A stretch of 64,000 nucleotides of DNA, taken from Chloroflexota bacterium. GTDB taxonomy: Bacteria; Chloroflexota; Limnocylindria; Limnocylindrales; CSP1-4. Below, one piece after another: positions 56,612 through 64,000 of the stretch (the stretch's first letter is position 1; each line of letters begins with the position of its first letter). The translations under genes were made by a program, and so were the position numbers. The stretch is from positions 114,953 to 178,952 of the forward strand of contig PLMA01000042.1 in NCBI GenBank assembly GCA_003141455.1. The letters are read 5' to 3'. Under the pieces are notes generated by a model. It saw only the letters and a list, made by a program, of their open reading frames with translations. It had not been told where the DNA came from and did no database searches.

Positions 56612-57544
56612 TCAACTGTGCGCTGCGCCTTCGAGCCTTCGCCGATCGCTGGACTCCAGCTGAAATGTCGAGTGCTCGATGTCGAAGTGTTCAGACAGGC
56701 ATCCGCAGAGGAATTGGAGCACGGCGGCGCCATCCGCGTCCGACTTGAGGACCACGTGTGCCGAGAGGACATTCACGCCTGACGTAATCGTCCAGGCGTG
56801 GAGGTCGTGGACATCGGCGACGCCGGAAGCGTCGAGGATGTGGGCACGAACCTCATCCATGTTCACGCCCTTTGGTGTCGCCTCTAGAAGCACGTCTGTG
56901 GCGTCGCGCAGCAGGCCCCAGACGCGCGGCAGGATCAGCAGGGCGATGGCCACCGAGGCGACTGCATCGGCCGGGGTCCAGCCGGTCAGCGAGATGGCCA
57001 CGGCAGCAACGATGACCGCGGCCGATCCGCCGAGGTCACCCATGACTTCGAGGTAGGCGGCGCGCATGTTGAGGCTGTGGGCCTGAGCGTCGCGCAGCAT
57101 CCACATCGAGGCAGCGTTGATCAGGAGGCCAACAAGGGCCACGCCGAGCATGAGTCCGGAGGCGACTTGAGGCGGTTCCGAGAACCGACGCCAGGCTTCA
57201 AAGAGGATGAAGCCCGCCACTCCAAAGAGCAGCACAGCATTGGCCACAGCCGCGAGGATTTCGAGGCGGAGGTAACCGTAGGTCCGCCCGGTGCTCGCTG
57301 GACGTGTCCCGATCCAGATTGCCAACAAGGCGAGGCTGATACCCGCCGCGTCAGTGAAGACGTGAGCGGCATCGGCCAGAAGCGCGAGGCTGTTGGAGGC
57401 CAGGCCGCCCACGACCTCGATTGCTAGGATTGCGAGCGACAGGCCGAGGACCGCGAGCAGGCGCCTTACGTTGGCCCGCGCGGTGGAATGAGGCATGCAC
57501 CCCAGTCTATCGGGTCGGCTCCGGGGAGTCGGACGCGACCACAC
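56612..57544 (-). CDS. Cation diffusion facilitator family transporter (CzcD-like)
   Basis: Six TM helices with the CDF signature, HxxxD-type motifs (AHVFTDAAGISLAL) and a C-terminal cytoplasmic domain. The start is probably an internal ATG (MPHSTARANV...). Confidence 0.85.
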   Translation of the reverse strand: MWSRPTPRSRPDRLGCMPHSTARANVRRLLAVLGLSLAILAIEVVGGLASNSLALLADAAHVFTDAAGISLALLAIWIGTRPASTGRTYGYLRLEILAAVANAVLLFGVAGFILFEAWRRFSEPPQVASGLMLGVALVGLLINAASMWMLRDAQAHSLNMRAAYLEVMGDLGGSAAVIVAAVAISLTGWTPADAVASVAIALLILPRVWGLLRDATDVLLEATPKGVNMDEVRAHILDASGVADVHDLHAWTITSGVNVLSAHVVLKSDADGAAVLQFLCGCLSEHFDIEHSTFQLESSDRRRLEGAAHS

Positions 57545-57584
57545 TCAGGCCGATGCCTGGCGCCCGATGGCCGTAATCCGCCCG

Positions 57585-57622
57585 CTTCGTACCTTCACCC
57601 GTATAGTGTCGGCTTGACTCCT
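57585..57622 (+). repeat. Direct repeat, copy B, 40-80 nt 5' of the CDF gene start and upstream of the PiT gene
   Basis: A 27-nt block is identical to copy A. It contains TATAGT. Confidence 0.8.
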
Positions 57623-57683
57623 CTCGCCCAGACCATAGCCATTCGGGCGGGCACCAAGATCGCCGGCGTTGGAGCCTCGCCGG

Positions 57684-58997
57684 ATGGCGAGCGACGAAGA
57701 TGCCGCTCCCTGGGCGATCGACCCCGGAGACTCCGGCTCGAGGGCGAGGTGGGAGCAAGGCCGCTCGCGACCTGATAGCCTCTCCGTTGTGGTGGCCCCC
57801 GCCGCGGCTCCACTCCCACTACGAGGGCGTGCAGGCTTGTCCGAGGCAACGCTACTTGGCCTGATCGCGATCTTCGCGCTGTCGGTGACGTTCGACTACA
57901 TCAACGGCTTTCACGACACGGCCAACGCGATCGCCACTTCCGTCTCCACCCGGGCGCTGAAACCCGAGCACGCCATCGTGCTTTCGGCCACCGCCAACTT
58001 CGTCGGTGCGCTCATCTTCGGCACGGCCGTCGCGGGTACGATCGGCAGCGGTATCGTTCAAGACAGCCACATTCTGGCCAACGGATCCATGGTGCTGGGT
58101 GCGGCGCTCATCGGCGCGATCGCCTGGAACCTGATCACCTGGGCTCTTGCGATCCCCAGCTCCAGCAGCCACGCCCTCGTCGGCGGTCTGATCGGCGCAG
58201 CCTGGGCCTCGGCCGGCGCCGACGCCGTTCAATGGGGCAACTTTGCCGTGAAAGTGCTGGTGCCCCTAGTCAGCTCGCCGGTGCTTGGCTTCGCCATCGC
58301 CCTGACGCTCATGGTCGTGCTTCTCAATGCCATCGGCTGGATGAATCCACGTCACGCCGTGGCGGCATTTCGCCGCCGGCGATCCTCGGCGGCCGGCATT
58401 GACTCCGGGTCCCCTGACGGCGAAGAGCCTGCGGAGCCCGCGCCGGTGATCGGCACCAGCCCCAAGCGAATCAACGATCGATTCCGACGCCTTCAGGTCC
58501 TGTCCGCCACTTACATGGCTCTCAGCCACGGCTCCAACGATGCCCAGAAGACGATGGGCATCATGACCCTGGCCCTCTTCAGCTCCGGCGCGATCCACGA
58601 CAAGACCGTCCCCGTATGGGTCATTCTCCTGGCCGCGACGGCGATGTCTCTCGGCACCGCGGCGGGAGGCTGGCGGATCATGAAGACGATGGGTCAGAGG
58701 GTCGTCAAGCTCGATCCGGTCCACGGCTTCGCGGCAGAGACGACGGCGGCCTCGATCATCCTGGGCGCTTCGCATTTCGGCATGCCGGTCTCGACCACGC
58801 ACGTGATTTCGAGCGCGATCATGGGCGTGGGCGCAAGCGACCGAGTCCACGCGGTCCACTGGGCAGTGGCTCGCAGCATCGTAACGGCCTGGATCCTTAC
58901 CATCCCGTGCGCCGCCGCCATCGCCGCCGTCTCATACCTGGCGCTGCACCTGTCCTCCGGGCCGGTGGCGTCGGTGCTTCACGTCTTCGGCGTCTAG
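57684..58997 (+). CDS. pit: Inorganic phosphate transporter (PiT/PHO4 family)
   Basis: Duplicated PHO4 signatures GFHDTANAIATSV and HGSNDAQKTMGI with ~10 TM helices. The true start may be the TTG at 57836 (MSEATLLGLIAIFAL). Confidence 0.85.
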   Translation: MASDEDAAPWAIDPGDSGSRARWEQGRSRPDSLSVVVAPAAAPLPLRGRAGLSEATLLGLIAIFALSVTFDYINGFHDTANAIATSVSTRALKPEHAIVLSATANFVGALIFGTAVAGTIGSGIVQDSHILANGSMVLGAALIGAIAWNLITWALAIPSSSSHALVGGLIGAAWASAGADAVQWGNFAVKVLVPLVSSPVLGFAIALTLMVVLLNAIGWMNPRHAVAAFRRRRSSAAGIDSGSPDGEEPAEPAPVIGTSPKRINDRFRRLQVLSATYMALSHGSNDAQKTMGIMTLALFSSGAIHDKTVPVWVILLAATAMSLGTAAGGWRIMKTMGQRVVKLDPVHGFAAETTAASIILGASHFGMPVSTTHVISSAIMGVGASDRVHAVHWAVARSIVTAWILTIPCAAAIAAVSYLALHLSSGPVASVLHVFGV

Positions 58998-59036
58998 CTC
59001 GATCGCGAAGGCGGGCCGTCGGGCCCGGTAGAACGC

Positions 59037-59735
59037 TTACTCCCCCTCGGGTCGGCGCAGTACGTAGCCCACGCCGCGGACAGTCTCCAGGTACACCGGG
59101 TTGGCCGGGTCAGCCTCTATCTGGGCCCGCAGCCAGTGGATGTGGACATCCACCGTACGCGTCTCTCCGGCGTAGTCGTAGCCCCAGACCTGCTCCAGAA
59201 GTTGGTCGCGCGTGAAGACATGGCCGGCGTTCCGCAGGAGGAAGAGCAGCAACTCGAAGACCTTGGGCTTTACCGGCAGGACTTCTCCCCCACGCAGCAG
59301 CCGATGCCCTGCCATGTCCACCTTGACCTGGCCGAGATCGACCGTCTCAAGCTCCGGCGCCAGAGCCTGCTGCTCGGTTCGGCGCAGCAGGGCGTGGATG
59401 CGGGCGAGCAGCTCGCGGAAGCTGAACGGCTTGGTCACGTAATCGTCCGCCCCAAGCTCGAGACCGACCACCTTCTCGACCTCGGCGCTCTTGGCGGTCA
59501 GCATCAGGATCGGCACGACCGATTCGGCTCGGATGATTCGACACACCTCGGTGCCGCTGAGCTCGGGCAGCATCAGGTCCAGCAGAATCAGATCCGGGTG
59601 ATAACGCCGGAAGGCCTCCACGGCCTCGCGCCCGTCCGCCGCCTGGACCACGGTGAACCCCTCCGTCTCCAGGCTTTCGGCCAGGGTCTCGCGCAGGGTG
59701 CGTTCGTCGTCGACGACCAGGATCGTTCGAGCCAC
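59037..59735 (-). CDS. OmpR/PhoB-family response regulator (orphan, 11 nt downstream of gltX)
   Basis: GTG start after a GGAGGG RBS. Receiver motifs ILVVDDERT...DLILLDLMLPELSG...DDYVTKPF, plus a winged helix (VRGVGYVLR). The longer ORF to 61052 is a frame artefact overlapping gltX. Confidence 0.85.
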   Translation of the reverse strand: MARTILVVDDERTLRETLAESLETEGFTVVQAADGREAVEAFRRYHPDLILLDLMLPELSGTEVCRIIRAESVVPILMLTAKSAEVEKVVGLELGADDYVTKPFSFRELLARIHALLRRTEQQALAPELETVDLGQVKVDMAGHRLLRGGEVLPVKPKVFELLLFLLRNAGHVFTRDQLLEQVWGYDYAGETRTVDVHIHWLRAQIEADPANPVYLETVRGVGYVLRRPEGE

Positions 59736-59746
59736 CGAATTCCCTC

Positions 59747-61255
59747 CTACGGCGTGACGGCCGGCTGCGCCTCGAGCCTCTCGATGGCCCGATCGATCCG
59801 GGCCAGCGTCCGTTCGTATCCGAGAGCCACCATCGTATCGAAGAGCGGCGGACTGACCGTCCGGCCGGTGATCGCGACGCGAATGGCCATGAACAGATCG
59901 CCGACCTTCCAGCCGCCCTCTTCGACCAGGCGCCGCAGCGGTGGCTCGATCTCGTCCGCCTCCCAGCTGACCCGCCCGACTTCGGCAATCGTGCGGCGGG
60001 CGGCGCGGAGCGCGGACGCGGCCTTGGCCGCGTCCCAGCGCTTGGGGATCATGAGCGCCGGGTCCGGCTCGAGATCCTTCACGAACAGGAAACCGATGAG
60101 GTCGCCCACGGCGGCCAGGGTCGGCAGGCGCTCCTGGACCACGGGCAGCAGAGCCCGCAGCTCGCCGTCGGAGGGCAGCCACTCGATGTGGCCCGCCGCA
60201 ACCTCCGCCTCCAAGAACGGGCGGAGCCGATCGATCAGATCGTCCGGCGACAGGCGCCGGATCCACTGGCCGTTCAGCCACTCGAGCCGTTCGCGGTCGA
60301 AGATGGAGCCGGCCTTGTTGACGCTCGCGAGATCGAATCGATCGATCAGCTCGGGCAGCGAAAGGACCTCCTCCTCCGTCCCGGTCGACCAGCCGAGCAG
60401 GGCCAGGTAGTTGACGAAGGCCTCCGGGATGAAGCCCTCGGCCCGGTAGTTGGCTACCGCGGTCTCGCTCTTGCGCTTGCTCATCTTGGTCCGGTCGGCA
60501 TTCAGGATGAGCGGCAGGTGGCCGAACTGAGGGACCGCCGACCCGAGCGCCTCGAAGAGGAGGATGTGCTTGGGGGTATTGGACAGATGGTCCTCGCCGC
60601 GGATCACGTGCGTGATCGCCATGGCCGCGTCGTCCACGGCCACCGTGAAGTGGTAGAGAGGCGTCCCGTCCGAGCGCACGATGACCAGGTCGCCGCCGAG
60701 GGCGCTGGTGTCGATCGCCACGTGCCCGCGAATCATGTCGTCGAAGACAATCGTGCGATCCGGTGGAATTCGGAAGCGGACGACGGGCTCGCGCCCCTCG
60801 GCCTCGAAGGCAACGCGTTGCTCGGCTGTCAGCTGGGCACAACGGCCGTTGTAGCGTGGGGACTGACGCGCGGCCTCCTGGCGCCTGCGCTCGGCGTCCA
60901 GCTCTTCGGGCGAGCAGTAGCAGTAGTAGGCCTTGTCCTCCGCCAGCAGCCGATCCGCTGCCTCCCGGTATCGCGGCAGGCGCTGCATCTGGCGGTAGGG
61001 GCCGTAGGTGCCGCATTCCGGCTCGTCGCCCACGGCCGGACCTTCGTCCCACGTCATCTCAAGCCAGTGCAGGCCATCGATGATGTCGCGTTCGAACGCA
61101 TCGGTGGAGCGGGCCTGGTCCGTGTCCTCCAGGCGCAAGATGAACGTGCCGCCGGCGTGCCGCGCGAAGAGGAAGTTGAAGAGCGCGGTCCGGGCCGTAC
61201 CCAGATGGAGCGGCCCGGTAGGGCTCGGCGCGATGCGAACGCGGACCTCGGTCAT
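59747..61255 (-). CDS. gltX: Glutamate--tRNA ligase
   Basis: 502 aa. Class I HIGH motif RIAPSPTGPLHLGTAR and KMSKS motif KMSKRK. Confidence 0.9.
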   Translation of the reverse strand: MTEVRVRIAPSPTGPLHLGTARTALFNFLFARHAGGTFILRLEDTDQARSTDAFERDIIDGLHWLEMTWDEGPAVGDEPECGTYGPYRQMQRLPRYREAADRLLAEDKAYYCYCSPEELDAERRRQEAARQSPRYNGRCAQLTAEQRVAFEAEGREPVVRFRIPPDRTIVFDDMIRGHVAIDTSALGGDLVIVRSDGTPLYHFTVAVDDAAMAITHVIRGEDHLSNTPKHILLFEALGSAVPQFGHLPLILNADRTKMSKRKSETAVANYRAEGFIPEAFVNYLALLGWSTGTEEEVLSLPELIDRFDLASVNKAGSIFDRERLEWLNGQWIRRLSPDDLIDRLRPFLEAEVAAGHIEWLPSDGELRALLPVVQERLPTLAAVGDLIGFLFVKDLEPDPALMIPKRWDAAKAASALRAARRTIAEVGRVSWEADEIEPPLRRLVEEGGWKVGDLFMAIRVAITGRTVSPPLFDTMVALGYERTLARIDRAIERLEAQPAVTP

Positions 61256-61388
61256 GCCTTAAGTGTACGGGCAGCGGCAGCGAGCCTCACGGACCGGCGG
61301 ACGCCGGCGGCCCATGCGGACACCAGGCGATCGATCGAGCCTGCATCCGCTTCGCTGAGACAACGTAGGGGTGGAGACATACAAACTC

Positions 61389-61403
61389 ACGTTGTAATAA
61401 CGT
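61389..61403 (+). promoter_or_regulatory. Palindromic candidate ArsR operator ACGTTgtaatAACGT in an AT-rich island, 17 nt upstream of arsR
   Basis: A perfect 5-bp inverted repeat with a 5-nt AT-rich spacer, inside the only AT-rich stretch of the arsR upstream region. Confidence 0.4.
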
Positions 61404-61419
61404 CTGTTAGAATAACGGC

Positions 61420-61836
61420 GTGAATACGAAGTTGACCAACCCTCCGCCCCCAGCCCTGGCACCCGACTTCGTCAGCGGCCTCCAGGCAATTGCCGAGCCG
61501 ACCCGCGCACGGATCGTCGCGCTCCTCGGCCACGGGGAGCATTGCGTCTGCGACGTCGGAGACACGCTCGCGCTCAGCCCCGCCCTCGTCTCGCATCACC
61601 TGCGCTCGCTTCGGGAGAGCGGCCTGTTGCGGGAGCGCCGCAGCGGCCGGTGGGTGTACTACTCGCTCGACATCGAGGCTCTCGAGCAGTTGCGCGAGGC
61701 CGTCACTCGCCTCCTCACGCCGACCGACGAGGCAGCCACCGCCTGCCTGTGCTCTGACTGCGGCCCCGAACGAAGCTCCCGGCCAGTCGCCTCGAGCCAG
61801 CCCGCCTTCGCGCCGTTCCCAGAGATCCTCTCATGA
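61420..61836 (+). CDS. arsR: ArsR/SmtB-family metalloregulatory transcriptional repressor
   Basis: The HTH_20 motif is IAEPTRARIVALLGHGEHCVCDVGDTLALSPALVSHHLRSLRESGLL, which includes the metal-binding CVC motif. A C-terminal Cys cluster is CLCSDC. Confidence 0.8.
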   Translation: MNTKLTNPPPPALAPDFVSGLQAIAEPTRARIVALLGHGEHCVCDVGDTLALSPALVSHHLRSLRESGLLRERRSGRWVYYSLDIEALEQLREAVTRLLTPTDEAATACLCSDCGPERSSRPVASSQPAFAPFPEILS

Positions 61837-62174
61837 GCTGCGACGTCCTTATCGTTGGGCTGCCACCCGCCGCGGGTTGCCCCAGCAACGAGACCTGGCG
61901 CGCTGCTGCCGAGTTCGTGCAATCGCGATTGGCCGGCCGATTCGGGTCCGCCACTCGGTTCGAGTATGTCGATCTCTTCAGCCCCGAGATGACGCGATAC
62001 CCGGAAATCGAGGCGCTCGTCGCTGAGGGCGCGGCGCTGCCCATAGTTGTCATTGATCGAGTCGCCCGGTTCGTTGGCGGGAAGCTCAACATCTCGGCGA
62101 TCGAACGTGCGGTCGCCGAAAACCTCTCACCGGGCGCACCGGCACCCTCAGCCACCGAGGCATCTGTCCTGTGA
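61833..62174 (+). CDS. ArsD-like thioredoxin-fold protein (divergent, non-canonical Cys arrangement)
   Basis: 113 aa. MSCDVLIVG...GCPSN ... PIVVIDRVARFVGGKLN is colinear with ArsD (FDPxxCC...PLLLLDGETVMAGRYP) but lacks the CC-x4-C triad. It overlaps arsR upstream and arsD downstream. Confidence 0.4.
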   Translation: MSCDVLIVGLPPAAGCPSNETWRAAAEFVQSRLAGRFGSATRFEYVDLFSPEMTRYPEIEALVAEGAALPIVVIDRVARFVGGKLNISAIERAVAENLSPGAPAPSATEASVL

Positions 62175-62503
62175 TCGATCCAGCCACCACCACCGCGATC
62201 GACGTCGAGGTCTTCGACCCGCCGCTCTGTTGCCCCACCGGGCTCTGCGGGCCGGTCCTCGACACGACCCTGCTCGACTTGGGCGAAGCGATCGTCGCAC
62301 TCCAATCCGAGGGTCACGCCGTCACGCGGCACATGATGACGACCGACCCGCAGGCCTTTATGCGCAACCGCGACGTCTATGAGGCCATTCGGGCTCGCCA
62401 GCTCGAGGTCCTCCCGATCACCGTCGTCCGCGGTCGCATTGTCAAGACAGGCTCATACCCGACGCTCGACGAACTGCACGCGGCTCTTGCCGCTGCCGGC
62501 TGA
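62171..62503 (+). CDS. arsD: Arsenical resistance operon metallochaperone/repressor ArsD
   Basis: VEVFDPPLCCPTGLCGP matches the ArsD Cys12-Cys13-Cys18 motif. ITVVRGRIVKTGSYPTLDEL follows. Confidence 0.8.
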   Translation: MIDPATTTAIDVEVFDPPLCCPTGLCGPVLDTTLLDLGEAIVALQSEGHAVTRHMMTTDPQAFMRNRDVYEAIRARQLEVLPITVVRGRIVKTGSYPTLDELHAALAAAG

Positions 62504-62557
62504 GCCCCGCCGTCGCCACTCCCCGCGCCATCCCCGCTGAAAGGATCCGCACATATC

Positions 62558-64000
62558 GTGACCGAGTTCCTCTTCTTCTCAGGCAAAGGCGGCGTAGGCA
62601 AGACCACGATGGCCTGCACGACCGCGGTCGCCGAGGCCGATGCCGGGCGGCGCGTTCTCATCGTGACGACCGACCCTGCTTCGAACCTGGCCGACGTCTT
62701 CGAACAGCCGATCGGTCACGCCGTCACCCCGCTCGCGGGGGTGCCGAACCTCTGGGCGATGGAGATCGATCCCGACGCGGCGACCGCGGAATACACGGAT
62801 CGAACGCTCGCCCCTCTGCGCGAGATCTTCCCGCCGGAGATCGTCCGGGTCATGGAGGAGCAGCTCGCCGGGCCGTGCACGGCCGAGGTGGCGGCGTTCG
62901 ATCGGTTCGCCGACTTCCTCGATCCAAACGCGCCCGCGGCACCGTCGGCGCCAGATGGCTTCGATCTGGTCATCTTCGACACGGCACCAACGGGTCATAC
63001 CGTCCGGCTGCTCGAGTTGCCCGAGGCTTGGACCAAGAGCATCTCCGAAGCCGAGGCCGGAGCCGGTCAGACGTGCATCGGCCCCGCGGCCGCGATCGCC
63101 GAGTCCAAGGCGAAGTACGAGCGGGCCGTCACTGCCCTGCGCGACCCGCGTTCGACCCGCTTCGTCTTCGTGCTTCAGCCGGAGGCGACGTCGATCTCCG
63201 AGACCCGCCGCGCAGGCGCCGAGCTCGCGAAGCTCGGCATCGCGACGAGCGAGCTCATCGTGAACGGCATCGTGCCCCATGAGGAGGCGTCGACACCGTT
63301 CTTCGCCGCGCGGATCGCGATGCAGGAGCGCTACCTCGGCGAGATCGCCCGCCAGCTCCCGGTGCCGACGCGACACGTGCCGCTCCTCGACGGCGAGGTC
63401 CGCGGCATCGCCCGGCTGCGCGCGGTCGTGCCGCTCCTTGCCGACGGCGGCGCGGCGAGACCCGTGTTCGGAGGCGAAAGGGCTGCGATCGCGACGCGGA
63501 CTCGAGCGGCCGATCCGGCGGCTGCGTTCGCGACGCTCGTACCCGACGGGCGGCCGCGGACGATCTTCTTCGCGGGCAAGGGTGGCGTGGGCAAGACCGT
63601 CGTCTCGTGCGCGACCGCAGTCTGGCTCGCACGCAGCGGCCATCGCACTCTTCTGGTCACGACCGATCCCGCGGCGCACATCGGCGACGTTCTCGGCGTC
63701 ACCGTGGGCCCCGAGCCTGCGCCAGTCGCCGGCGTCGAAGGGCTTTGGGCTGCGAATGTGGATGCCAAGGCCGCCGCGGTCGCATACACCGATCGGATCA
63801 TCGCCGACGCGGTTGCCCGTGGCCGAAGCGCTGACTCGATCGCGGCGATGCGCGAGGAGCTCGACTCGCCGTGCACCGAGGAGATGGCCGCCTTCGATCG
63901 GTTCATCGACCTCGCCAGCCGCGACACCTATGACATGACGGTCTTTGACACCGCCCCGACCGGTCACACGCTCCGCCTGCTCGAGCTCCCGATCGAGTGG
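62558..64000 (+). CDS. arsA: Arsenite-transporting ATPase ArsA, partial (continues past the window end)
   Basis: GTG start. Two homologous halves each carry a P-loop (FFSGKGGVGKTT / FFAGKGGVGKTV) and a DTAPTGHT signature. There is no in-frame stop before nt 64000. Confidence 0.85.
   Translation, partial: MTEFLFFSGKGGVGKTTMACTTAVAEADAGRRVLIVTTDPASNLADVFEQPIGHAVTPLAGVPNLWAMEIDPDAATAEYTDRTLAPLREIFPPEIVRVMEEQLAGPCTAEVAAFDRFADFLDPNAPAAPSAPDGFDLVIFDTAPTGHTVRLLELPEAWTKSISEAEAGAGQTCIGPAAAIAESKAKYERAVTALRDPRSTRFVFVLQPEATSISETRRAGAELAKLGIATSELIVNGIVPHEEASTPFFAARIAMQERYLGEIARQLPVPTRHVPLLDGEVRGIARLRAVVPLLADGGAARPVFGGERAAIATRTRAADPAAAFATLVPDGRPRTIFFAGKGGVGKTVVSCATAVWLARSGHRTLLVTTDPAAHIGDVLGVTVGPEPAPVAGVEGLWAANVDAKAAAVAYTDRIIADAVARGRSADSIAAMREELDSPCTEEMAAFDRFIDLASRDTYDMTVFDTAPTGHTLRLLELPIEW

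Noticed and set aside
56472-57775. Short ORFs 56472..56663 (+) and 57488..57775 (+) sharing the peptide SYLHPYSVG
   Set aside because: The shared peptide is simply the translation of the 27-nt direct repeat. The ORFs are otherwise unrelated and low-complexity.
59037-61052. A 671-aa ORF on the minus strand spanning the response regulator and most of gltX
   Set aside because: Only the C-terminal 232 aa show response-regulator motifs, and they have their own RBS and GTG. The upstream part overlaps the real gltX reading frame and is compositionally junk.

Overview
The window is a high-GC (about 70%) bacterial chromosomal segment with dense coding on both strands. I found no rRNA, tRNA, CRISPR array or recognisable transposase. 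Standalone CofE and the overall gene content suggest a Chloroflexi- or actinobacteria-like organism (inference).

Recognisable blocks, in order:
- A coenzyme F420 island: PPOX-class F420 enzyme, three LLM-class F420 oxidoreductases, and cofD-cofC-cofE.
- AlkA-like glycosylase, a LysM/M23 peptidase, trxB, an ABC exporter, OsmC and a CPBP protease.
- An arginine biosynthesis operon argC-argJ-argB-argR-argG. It sits behind an AT-rich promoter with a palindromic ARG-box-like site, and argC appears to be leaderless.
- A GAF histidine kinase and a response regulator.
- Two paralogous ECF sigma factors. Each is translationally coupled to a large membrane-anchored beta-propeller protein (one BNR/Ycf48-like of 913 aa, one Kelch of 861 aa). 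The two pairs convergently flank an ammonium transporter gene.
- argH, an MFS transporter, a lysine-free DNA-ligase-like protein, an ABC-2 transporter, and an XRE regulator beside a P-type ATPase.
- A phosphate/polyphosphate island: ppk1, a CYTH-CHAD protein, two phoU genes, a SixA-like phosphatase, a histone-like protein, a PhoR-like kinase, a DUF47 protein, an atypical OmpR-type regulator, pstSCAB and PiT.
- A WD40 lipoprotein, a CDF transporter flanked by direct repeats, gltX with an orphan response regulator, and an arsR-arsD-arsA locus.

The most unusual feature, and my best candidate for the undescribed system, is the sigma/beta-propeller pair of modules around amt. amt itself is bracketed by two paralogous 75-nt elements, each built from five phased 11-bp direct-repeat units. 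That is the signature of an OmpR/PhoB-family (GlnR/PhoP-like) operator array. One of the two elements lies upstream of a tiny hydrophobic-peptide ORF.
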